A model generated the notes under the pieces. That model saw nothing but the letters and a program-made list of their open reading frames with translations. It was not told where the DNA came from and did not search any database. Positions 1-7,980 of a stretch of 64,000 bases of DNA are shown in pieces. Origin of the DNA: Bacteroidales bacterium (GTDB lineage: Bacteria; Bacteroidota; Bacteroidia; Bacteroidales; M50B96); contig JAIOYV010000002.1 of NCBI GenBank assembly GCA_021740905.1, forward strand, positions 68,512-132,511, in the 5' to 3' direction. Within the stretch, counting starts at the first letter, position 1. Every line of letters starts with the position of its first letter. The translations under genes and the position numbers were made by a program.

Positions 1-2
1 GT

Positions 3-560
3 TCTATTATGGGTTCCGGTGGATTGATCGTGATGGATCAGGATACCTGTGTGGTTGATTTAGCCAGGTACTTTCTTGATTTTATCCAGAAGGAATCCTG
101 CGGAAAATGCACACCCTGCCGTGTCGGGACACGCCATATTGTCGAAATCCTGGAGAAGATTTGCCAGGGCCAGGCCGAACCGGATTTTCTCGATAAGTTG
201 GAATCGCTGTCCCATCTGGTGAAAGCCACATCGCTATGCGGGCTGGGACAAACTGCTCCGAACCCTGTCTTGTCAACCCTACGTTATTTCAGGCAGGAAT
301 ATATCCAGCATGTGGACGAATATTACTGCCCCGCCCTTGTGTGCAGCTCGTTGATCGAATACACCGTAATCAAAGACAAGTGTACAGGTTGCCAGCGCTG
401 TGTGAGTGTTTGCCCCACCGGGGCCATCACCGGGCCGCGTTCCGAACCCCACAATCTCGATATCGACAAGTGCATTAAGTGCCGCGCATGTTATGAGATT
501 TGCAGGTTTGATGCGATTGCCGGAAACGCTATCGTAATCTCTGGAAGAAAGCGTCAATAA
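3..560 (+). CDS. NuoF/HydB-like NADH-binding flavo-FeS subunit, C-terminal part (5' truncated by window edge)
   Basis: SIMGSGGLIVMD...ESCGKCTPCRVGT...SLCGLGQTAPNP NuoF 4Fe-4S signature, plus C-terminal 2x[4Fe-4S] domain (CTGCQRCVSVCP, CIKCRACYEIC) typical of HydB/BfuB. Confidence 0.9.
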   Translation, partial: SIMGSGGLIVMDQDTCVVDLARYFLDFIQKESCGKCTPCRVGTRHIVEILEKICQGQAEPDFLDKLESLSHLVKATSLCGLGQTAPNPVLSTLRYFRQEYIQHVDEYYCPALVCSSLIEYTVIKDKCTGCQRCVSVCPTGAITGPRSEPHNLDIDKCIKCRACYEICRFDAIAGNAIVISGRKRQ

Positions 561-659
561 CTGCGTTACGCTTGGCTTAAAATTGGTCATTTACGAAAAG
601 TAAACTCCCAATTTTAAGCCTTCACAAGCCTTGTTCTTGACGCTTTCTTCTCAGAGATT
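536..659. repeat. 124-bp ERIC-like palindromic element, copy 1
   Basis: Terminal arms aatctctg-gaagaaagcgtcaataac (536-561) and gttcttgacgctttcttctcagagatt (633-659); perfect 13-bp inner stem ggcttaaaattgg/ccaattttaagcc; core tcatttac-gaaaa-gtaaactc; related copy at 56130-56253. Confidence 0.8.
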
Positions 660-780
660 CAGGAGATAAAAGCTTTTTATGAAGTTTAAAAAGGAAATAA
701 AAATGACAAAACTAAATTGAATCAGGCATTAATTAATTCAAAATATGATCTTTAAGAAGGAATCGGATTTCATTTTCACG

Positions 781-910
781 ATAAGTTGCTACGGAGCACT
801 GTCTCCCCTTGGGGGGAGAATAAGAGGGGGGAGTTTTTGCACTTGTTTCCACCCCCTAACCCCCGCCAGTCCCGACTGCATCGGGATAGACTGGGGGACA
901 TCCTCCGAAC
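781..910. repeat. GC-rich palindromic intergenic repeat, locus A
   Basis: agcactgtctccccttgggggga and tccaccccctaacccccgccag...gggggacatcctccga; both modules recur at 53631-53781. Confidence 0.7.
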
Positions 911-1005
911 CAGCTCTCAGTATGAGATATAAATAAATGACTTCAGATTATCATGAGCTGAAACAAATAAGAATAGTTGTGAAATTAGAAGCTAAAATAT
1001 AGTAG

Positions 1006-3306
1006 ATGAAAATAACAATTGACAACAAAAAGATCAAAATCGACAAACCTGCCACGGTGTTGGATGTAGCGGCGCAAAACGATATTTACATCCCATCGTT
1101 GTGCGCCCATCCCGAGCTGGTTCCTTATGGGGGGTGCAGGTTATGTATAGTCGAAATTGAGGGAAGAAGGGGCTATCCGACAGCTTGCACAACTCACGTG
1201 GAAGATGGAATGGTAGTCCGCACCGACACAAAGATTTTGAAGGAAATGCGAACCGAGTTGACCCAATTGATCCTTAGCGAGCACCCCTCCGCCTGCATGA
1301 TGTGCGACGATGTGGAAGGCTGCTCTGTTTTTCAGGGAACCATTCGGAAGGTGGGCATCACCACCGGCTGTCGATGGTGTCCGAAGGATAAGGATTGCGA
1401 ATTTCAGCGCATCGTCGAAAGCCTGGGCATCCATGATCTTACACTTCCCGGACTATACAGGGATATCCCCATTGAAAAGTATGACCCCTTTTTCGATCGG
1501 GATTACAACCTTTGCATTTATTGCGGTCGCTGCGTGAGGATTTGCAACGAATACCGGAAAAGCTCTGTGCTATCACTGAAACAACGGGGGAAATTTACCA
1601 CTATTGGGCCTGCTTTCGAGGCTACCCACATCGATGCCAACTGCGAGTTTTGCGGGGCCTGTGTGTCGGTTTGCCCAACCGGGGCCATGTCGGAGAAAAG
1701 CCGGAAATGGTGGGGCGTTCCGGAAAAGTACGAAGCATCCACATGTCCGCTATGCAGTCTGAATTGCGACATCCAGGTTCTCACACTGAAAGATAAAATT
1801 GTAGGTACTTTGCCACCCGGCGTACCACACGAGGCAGGAGGCGAGCTTTGCGTGAAAGGCCGTTTTTGTTTGTCCGAATTGGTAAACCGTACCACCCGGA
1901 TTCTTGAACCCCAATTCAAATACAAGGAAGGATATGGTTTCGTATCGTGGGAAGTGGCCAACGAAAAGGCAGTCGAGATTGTGAAGGAGGTAAAACCGGG
2001 CCGGTCGGCCATGCTCCTTTCGCCCAGCCTGAATCTCGAAGAAATTCATTTTGCCAAACAATTCGCCGAAAAGGCATTGCACACCGAATTGATTTCATCC
2101 TCTTGCATAAACGAAAACCTCTTGGCCTATATGGAAATGGCCTCTCATTCGGTTTCATTAAACGACTTGAAAAAAGCCGGTTGCCTGCTTTCGATCTTCC
2201 TCGACGGGAATTACAAATACGCCCCGGTGACCATGCTTATAAAAGATTTAGCGTCGAAAGTTATTCCCTATTGCCAGATAGGCTGGACCAAAGATACGAC
2301 CACACGATTTGCTACACACTTTTATGTTCCCAAGTCGGGTGATGTGGAGGGATTTCTGGATAAGATATTGTTCAACCTGAAAAAGGAAAAAGCTAAAACC
2401 AAGCAACCCATAATCACTGAAACCCTTGCTGAGACTAAAAACAGCGCGATGATTATCGGGCCGGAAATAATGTCGCTGACCAACTGCATTTCAATTCTGG
2501 ATAAATTAAAGCAAGTTGCCAAACAAAGCCATTCGATGATCTACATGCCCAATCCTTATGGAAACCTGGATGGATTGTTGGCTCTGGTGGATGTTGTGCC
2601 TTTTGATGAGATCAGGAAGAAAATCGACAAAAAGGAAATCGACCTGCTTTATCTGGTTGGTGATTCGGCCTTCAAAAAGAACCCGGGCGTGATGAAGATC
2701 ATTTATCAAAATGCCTTTCCAGCCCCGGAAGACTTGCAGCCCGATTTGATCCTCCCCACAGCACTTTGGGGCGAAAGCAATGGGCGGTATTTGAATACTG
2801 ATAAAAAAATCAAAAAATCGTATTCTGTGGGCGACCGGCATGGATACTCACTTCCCCACCGACAGGTATTTTTGGATTTGGCGAAGTCGCTTAAGGTGAA
2901 GCTTCCTAAATTTTCAGCAAAGGATCTACGCAAAGAATTTCAACTTAAATTAAAACCTGTCCCGGAAAAAATCAAGGTACCGGCACCATCTAAAAATTAC
3001 CCTTTTAGCCTGGTTCAGGAAAATGCACAGCACGTTTATAGTAGCTTAAACCTGAGCACAGGTATTGAAGGCTTTGGCGATCTGGTCAAAGCCGATCATA
3101 TCCTGCTGCATCCATCCGATGCCAGGAAACAAGGATTCAATAATGAAGAATGGGCAATTTTGGGTTCATCGAAAACAGAAAAGAAATTTCGGGTTCTAAT
3201 CCGTAAAAATATCCCAAAGGGAATTGTTTTGTTGACTTCTTCGAATGGGCAACTGGAGTTTGAAAGCAACCCATGCCCCGTAAAAATAAGGAGGGACCAT
3301 GTTTAA
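1006..3306 (+). CDS. NuoG/HydA-N-terminal-like FeS protein with degenerate molybdopterin-oxidoreductase body (BfuA/StnC/SfrA-like)
   Basis: [2Fe-2S] CAHPEL..GGCRLC..ACTT; HxxxCxxC cluster; 2x[4Fe-4S] CIYCGRCVRIC / CEFCGACVSVCP; Mo-enzyme 4Fe-4S STCPLCSLNC...LCVKGRF; no H-cluster motifs and no recognisable Fdh Cys/Sec-His ligand. Confidence 0.8.
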   Translation: MKITIDNKKIKIDKPATVLDVAAQNDIYIPSLCAHPELVPYGGCRLCIVEIEGRRGYPTACTTHVEDGMVVRTDTKILKEMRTELTQLILSEHPSACMMCDDVEGCSVFQGTIRKVGITTGCRWCPKDKDCEFQRIVESLGIHDLTLPGLYRDIPIEKYDPFFDRDYNLCIYCGRCVRICNEYRKSSVLSLKQRGKFTTIGPAFEATHIDANCEFCGACVSVCPTGAMSEKSRKWWGVPEKYEASTCPLCSLNCDIQVLTLKDKIVGTLPPGVPHEAGGELCVKGRFCLSELVNRTTRILEPQFKYKEGYGFVSWEVANEKAVEIVKEVKPGRSAMLLSPSLNLEEIHFAKQFAEKALHTELISSSCINENLLAYMEMASHSVSLNDLKKAGCLLSIFLDGNYKYAPVTMLIKDLASKVIPYCQIGWTKDTTTRFATHFYVPKSGDVEGFLDKILFNLKKEKAKTKQPIITETLAETKNSAMIIGPEIMSLTNCISILDKLKQVAKQSHSMIYMPNPYGNLDGLLALVDVVPFDEIRKKIDKKEIDLLYLVGDSAFKKNPGVMKIIYQNAFPAPEDLQPDLILPTALWGESNGRYLNTDKKIKKSYSVGDRHGYSLPHRQVFLDLAKSLKVKLPKFSAKDLRKEFQLKLKPVPEKIKVPAPSKNYPFSLVQENAQHVYSSLNLSTGIEGFGDLVKADHILLHPSDARKQGFNNEEWAILGSSKTEKKFRVLIRKNIPKGIVLLTSSNGQLEFESNPCPVKIRRDHV

Positions 3307-4129
3307 AATTATTGAAAGAACAATGATTGTCCCCAACCTGCACCTGTTGGTGGTACATGCCCCGGATGTCGTGCAGGAAATGCAGCCCGGGCAATTTGTG
3401 ATTGTCCACTCGGGCGAGGGTGCCGAACGCATCCCCCTCACGGCTGCCGACTGGGACAAAGAAACAGGCTACCTGACCATCGTGTTTATGGAGGTGGGGA
3501 CTTCGACGAACAAACTGGCAGAACTGAAACCCGGCGATGTCATCCCCACAGTGGTCGGCCCGCTCGGACGGCCTGCTGCGATTGAAAACTTCGGGACGGT
3601 GATTTGCATCGGTGGATGTTTTGGGATGGGTTCCATTTATCCGGTAGTGAAAGCCCTCAAGGAAAAAGGGAATACGGTGATCACGGTAATGGAAGGCCGG
3701 AGCAAAAACCTGCTTTATTGGGAGGACAAACTATCGAAATACAGCGACAGGCTGATAAAGATTACCCGCGATGGCAGCTATGGCTACAAAGGGCACATCA
3801 AAAAGGCCGACGACCTTATCCGCGAAATTGGCATTGTGCCCGACCGCGTAATTGCCAATGGCTGCACTACCCTGTCGTACAAAACGTCGAAGGAGTACGC
3901 CCATTATGACATCCCGGTTATTGTCACGCTCAACACCATCATGATTGACGGGACAGGTATGTGCGGGGTTTGCCGTTGCTCGGTCGATGGCAAGATGAAG
4001 TTTGCCTGTGTGGACGGCCCCCATTTCGATGGCCGCCTGGTCGACTGGGAAGAGCTTTCGAAACGGCGGCAACAATATATTGGCGAAGAAGCATTTTTGG
4101 TTCACCATTCTGGATGTGGAGGAAGATAA
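3299..4129 (+). CDS. nfnA: NfnA/SudB-like FAD/NAD-binding [2Fe-2S] subunit
   Basis: PGQFVIV..GERIPLT, VVGPLG, MIDGTGMCGVCRC...FACVDGP; overlaps the upstream stop and lies 1 nt before nfnB. Confidence 0.85.
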   Translation: MFKIIERTMIVPNLHLLVVHAPDVVQEMQPGQFVIVHSGEGAERIPLTAADWDKETGYLTIVFMEVGTSTNKLAELKPGDVIPTVVGPLGRPAAIENFGTVICIGGCFGMGSIYPVVKALKEKGNTVITVMEGRSKNLLYWEDKLSKYSDRLIKITRDGSYGYKGHIKKADDLIREIGIVPDRVIANGCTTLSYKTSKEYAHYDIPVIVTLNTIMIDGTGMCGVCRCSVDGKMKFACVDGPHFDGRLVDWEELSKRRQQYIGEEAFLVHHSGCGGR

Positions 4130-4130
4130 T

Positions 4131-5519
4131 ATGGGAAAATTAAATCTGAATAGAGTAGAAATGCCCAAACAAGCCTATTTCATACGGCGAAGGAACTTCG
4201 ATGAAGTGGCCCTGGGTTACACCACCGAAATGGCTATTGAAGAAGCAAAACGTTGTCTCGACTGCAAAAAACCTTTGTGCGTGGAAGGTTGCCCGGTGGA
4301 GATTGATATCCCCGGTTTCATCCGGCGGATTGCTGCCGAAGATTTTGCCGGGGCCATCAAAACCCTAAAAGAGAAAAACTGCCTCCCTGCAGTGTGTGGC
4401 AGGGTTTGCCCCCAGGAAGAACAGTGTGAGATAAAATGTATCCTGGAGAAAAAAGGGGCACCTGTTGCGATTGGCCGCCTCGAGCGCTTTGCGGCAGAAT
4501 GGGAAGCTGCCCAGGCCACAATGGATATGCCTGAAATAAAAGAAAAGACCGGGAAAAAAGTCCTGGTGATTGGCTCCGGCCCGGCAGGCATTACCGTGGC
4601 CGGAGACCTGATTCTGGCCGGCCACGATGTGAGCATGTTTGAAGCCCTGCACGAACCCGGCGGGGTGCTGACGTATGGGATTCCTGAATTTCGACTGCCG
4701 GGAAGGATTGTCCGGCGCGAAATCGACTACCTGATAAAACTGGGTGTTAAGCTGGTGAACAATTATGTTGTAGGGAAAACCCGCTCGTTGAGCAAACTAT
4801 TGGAAGAATACGATGCCATCTTTCTTGGTACCGGTGCCGGTTTGCCCTGGTTCATGGAAATCCCCGGCGAAAACCTCAACGGGGTATACTCCGCCAACGA
4901 ATATCTCACCCGCGTAAACCTGATGCGGGGTTATCAATATCCAAAAGCCTACACACCCGTCATCCGTCACAAACGGGTGGCCGTTGTGGGTGGTGGCAAC
5001 GTGGCCATGGACTGCGCCCGCACTGCCCTGCGCCTGGGTGCCGAAGAAGTGTACATTGTGTACCGCCGTTCGCAGAAAGAACTACCGGCCCGTCTCGAAG
5101 AATTTGAGAATGCCGAAGAAGAAGGGGTCATTTTCCACTTCCTCACCCTGCCCGAAAAACTCATTGGCGACGAAAACGGCTGGCTCAAAGAAATCGAATG
5201 TTCCAAAATGGAACTGGGCGAACCCGATGCCTCTGGCCGCAGACGCCCCATCCGCATCGATGGCTCCGAATTCATCATGCCCATGGATGCCTGCATTGTA
5301 GCCATCGGCAACAGCCCCAATCCAATCATTCCTGACACCACCCCTGAACTGGAAATGTCCCGAAAAGGGACTATAGTAGTGGACGAAGCAACCGGCAAAA
5401 CCTCCATCGACCGGGTATGGGCTGGTGGGGATATTGTTACCGGCGCAGCAACTGTAATTTTGGCAATGGGTGCGGGAAGGAAAGCTGCGAGGGCAATGCA
5501 TGAGTTTTTGGTGGGGTAG
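4131..5519 (+). CDS. nfnB: NfnB/SudA-like (GltD-family) NADPH-dependent flavo-FeS subunit
   Basis: EAKRCLDCKKPLCVEGCP, CGRVCPQEEQCE, GSGPAG, GGGNVAMD, AGGDIVTGAATVILAMGAG; ATG at 4131 preferred over the ORF-track start at 4002; paired with nfnA, no GltB nearby. Confidence 0.88.
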   Translation: MGKLNLNRVEMPKQAYFIRRRNFDEVALGYTTEMAIEEAKRCLDCKKPLCVEGCPVEIDIPGFIRRIAAEDFAGAIKTLKEKNCLPAVCGRVCPQEEQCEIKCILEKKGAPVAIGRLERFAAEWEAAQATMDMPEIKEKTGKKVLVIGSGPAGITVAGDLILAGHDVSMFEALHEPGGVLTYGIPEFRLPGRIVRREIDYLIKLGVKLVNNYVVGKTRSLSKLLEEYDAIFLGTGAGLPWFMEIPGENLNGVYSANEYLTRVNLMRGYQYPKAYTPVIRHKRVAVVGGGNVAMDCARTALRLGAEEVYIVYRRSQKELPARLEEFENAEEEGVIFHFLTLPEKLIGDENGWLKEIECSKMELGEPDASGRRRPIRIDGSEFIMPMDACIVAIGNSPNPIIPDTTPELEMSRKGTIVVDEATGKTSIDRVWAGGDIVTGAATVILAMGAGRKAARAMHEFLVG

Positions 5520-5564
5520 GGGTTTTCTGGAATTGATTAAGATGAACTTCAATCTGAGAGATTT

Positions 5565-5670
5565 GACAATAACCAATTAGAACAATAAAGAAACTGGGTT
5601 ATTACCGAAAAAAATCAATTATCCAAACTAATCCTGAGGAGGATGGGTTGGACTTTCGGCAGGAAAATAT
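5565..5670 (+). pseudogene. Degraded C-terminal fragment of a REP-associated (Y1/HUH) tyrosine transposase
   Basis: Frameshifted translation DNNQLEQ*RNWVITEK / INY / QTNPEEDGLDFRQEN resembles the recalled RAYT pattern DNxPIELWSNxVIxEKINYIHxNPVExGLVFRxED. Confidence 0.5.
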
Positions 5671-5769
5671 GATCACACGAAGCAATTCCCGAAAAATGGG
5701 AATGGCAGTACAGGAGCTGTGGAATCAACTTTAAAATGCTAAAAGTCTTTTCGCCGTGAAGGGTGGTGT

Positions 5770-6250
5770 TTAGAGTGTTTTTTTTAGGTCTTCCATTTTG
5801 TTTTCCAATCGCTTTCTTGATAATTCAATAGTCGTATGCAGTTTTTGTTTTAACATTTGTTTGTCAGGGAGTTCGGTTAAATATTCGGCAGTACGGATGC
5901 CCGATTGCTCCAATTGCAATAATTCAATTTGCTCAGTATTGCCCTCGGCACATAAAATTAATCCCAACGGTTTCTCCTCACCGGACTGCATTTCGTACTT
6001 TTCGAGCCAACGCAAGTAAAGCTCCATTTTCCCTTTGTACTCGGCTTTAAATTTTCCAAGCTTTAGGTCAATGGCAATCAACCTTTTTAATTTGCGGTGA
6101 AAAAACAATAAATCGAGTTTGAAGTCTTCCTCGTCGATAATCATTCGTTGCTATAAAATGAGTCCAGCTCAAATGTCGTATTGCTGATACGACAATCTGC
6201 TCGTCGGGGAAAACCTGGATAAATTGCATCATGCGGTAAAGGTTTTTTCC
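5770..6250 (-). pseudogene. YhcG/DUF1016 PD-(D/E)XK nuclease-domain gene remnant (5' truncated, internally deleted)
   Basis: N-domain piece NLYRMMQFIQVFPDEQIVVSAIRHLSWTHFIA joined out of frame to C-domain piece RMIIDEEDFKLDLLFFHRKLKRLIAIDLKLGKFKAEYKGKMELYLRWL...PLGLILC. Confidence 0.8.
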
Positions 6251-6309
6251 GAATCGCTTTACCTGTAATATCGGAAGCACTTGCCATAATTATTGATGAA
6301 TGGGGATCC

Positions 6310-7020
6310 TCAATATTTCCTTCCGGTATGTATTTTATGCAACACCTCTTTCCTTACAAAGGCTTTGACTGAATCAATATTTTCATCAAGAAATTCAACC
6401 ACTGCTTCGCGATGGTCTTTCACCAAGCTTCGCAGCGCCCAGGAAATCCCTTTGTGGATAATGGCCTCGCGATCCGTGAGGTGGTCCTTGCAAAGGGTCA
6501 GGGTGATATCCCTTTTCCAGATTTCACTTTTCGATCCCCTGTTCAATGGAACACATGAAACAATGGCCAGGCGGCGTATCCATACATTTTCCTGCGACGA
6601 CCAATTCATAATATCTTCTGTGCTGATTTGGTGATCGATCCAGGCTGGGCCTGAAACATAGCCTGCAAAAGAATCGACCGAAGCCCAATTGTCAAGCCCT
6701 GTAAGTAATCCGTTTATTTGAGTGACTGATAATTTTTTTCTGAAAGGTGTATTTTTTGCAATAAATTCATGACTTATCTGAATGCACTCAAAAATGCCGG
6801 TGGCTTTTAATGCCAGCATCAATCCAAAGAAATCCTGAAAAGAAAGCCCCTTGATTTGCGGGTATCCTATTTTGATAATGTTTCGCATGTCGGGTGTCCT
6901 AACTCCCAGCACTTGTTGTTGAGTAGGTATCATTCTCATGGCAAAATCCCTGTATCCTTGTTCCGATTTGCCTTTCAAGTCTGCAATTAGGTCGAGTATA
7001 AAATCGCTATTTTGTTTCAT
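6310..7020 (-). CDS. DNA alkylation repair protein (AlkD-like)
   Basis: LGVRTPDMR, LDNWASVDSF, WSSQENVWIRRLAIV, IHKGISWALRSL motifs. Confidence 0.8.
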   Translation of the reverse strand: MKQNSDFILDLIADLKGKSEQGYRDFAMRMIPTQQQVLGVRTPDMRNIIKIGYPQIKGLSFQDFFGLMLALKATGIFECIQISHEFIAKNTPFRKKLSVTQINGLLTGLDNWASVDSFAGYVSGPAWIDHQISTEDIMNWSSQENVWIRRLAIVSCVPLNRGSKSEIWKRDITLTLCKDHLTDREAIIHKGISWALRSLVKDHREAVVEFLDENIDSVKAFVRKEVLHKIHTGRKY

Positions 7021-7040
7021 CTTGATAAAAGGGTAATGAT

Positions 7041-7766
7041 TTATTTGAGTGGAAACAAGCGGTCGGCTTCCTCAATATTTTCAGGCTTCCCCAGGTCGAA
7101 CCAAAAACCCTCAGTGTGATCAAAAGCCATTATATTATGGGTGGCCGCAAGCCTCAAATACAAATCAATAATAGAAAACTTCCCCTCTTCTTTCATCAAA
7201 TTAAAGATTGTTGAATTGATCACATGGATGCCACTAAAAGCCAAAGGCATTATTTTTTTTTCGTTGGGCCTCGACATTTTTACTTCGCCGGTTTTTATAT
7301 TTGTCCAACCTGCCAGTTCTTTTTTGGGGTTGAACAATAAATAGCGCGACGTTTTCCGGTTCCGAACTGCAAGCGTAGCAAGGGCTTGTTCTTTTTTATG
7401 TTGATGGATCAATCCTGAGAGGTTCAGGTCGGTGACCACGTCTACATTACAAACCAGAAAATCTTCATCAGGAGTAAAATAGTGAGATGCTTTCTTCAGC
7501 CCGCCACCTGTATCGAGCAAAAAATCCCTTTCATCAGAAATGGAAATGAGCAATCCAAAATTATTCTTCACTTTTAAGTAACTGCAAAGTTCGTCGGCAA
7601 AATGATGCACATTAATGACCAACTCATTCACCCCAAACTGCTTCAGGTAGTTTATGCAGTTTTCCAATAGCGTCTTTCGCCGAAATTCGACCAGGGCCTT
7701 TGGCTTGTCTTTGGTTAGTGGATACAGACGGGTTCCCAGGCCGGCTGCAAAAATCATGGCTTTCAA
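7041..7766 (-). CDS. Sugar-phosphate nucleotidyltransferase (MurU-like)
   Basis: KAMIFAAGLGTRLYPLT..KPKALV, LLDTGGGL, WFDLGKPE; TTG start overlaps upstream TGA. Confidence 0.85.
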   Translation of the reverse strand: MKAMIFAAGLGTRLYPLTKDKPKALVEFRRKTLLENCINYLKQFGVNELVINVHHFADELCSYLKVKNNFGLLISISDERDFLLDTGGGLKKASHYFTPDEDFLVCNVDVVTDLNLSGLIHQHKKEQALATLAVRNRKTSRYLLFNPKKELAGWTNIKTGEVKMSRPNEKKIMPLAFSGIHVINSTIFNLMKEEGKFSIIDLYLRLAATHNIMAFDHTEGFWFDLGKPENIEEADRLFPLK

Positions 7767-7903
7767 TCTTTTCGCTTTTTTGGTTTACAGAGTTTCGCTT
7801 CTTTGTTGCTTGCACTTCCGCACTTTTTACATTCGTATTTTTTATCCTGAACAAATTCGGGATCTTTTTTCCCTTTGTCCTTTTTGCACGCTTTTTCTGC
7901 CAT
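7763..7903 (-). CDS. 46-aa Lys-rich, Cys-containing small protein (not in ORF track)
   Basis: MAEKACKKDKGKKDPEFVQDKKYECKKCGSASNKEAKLCKPKKRKD*; stop overlaps next start (TTGA); 4 Cys including CxxC. Confidence 0.65.
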   Translation of the reverse strand: MAEKACKKDKGKKDPEFVQDKKYECKKCGSASNKEAKLCKPKKRKD

Positions 7904-7980
7904 AATTCAAATTTCCAATTTAAAGAAGAAAATGGCTGTATTGTTCAATTTTTTATTCATCAATAATCAATCAACAATCA

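Noticed and set aside
745..936. 63-aa ORF in the nuoF-nuoG spacer
   Set aside because: Runs through palindromic repeats; no protein-like features
1006..3306. Selenocysteine formate dehydrogenase or [FeFe] hydrogenase
   Set aside because: No in-frame TGA, no (C/U)H Mo-ligand motif, no H-cluster motifs
4131..5519. Glutamate synthase small subunit
   Set aside because: No GltB large subunit nearby; pairing with NfnA indicates NfnAB/SudAB
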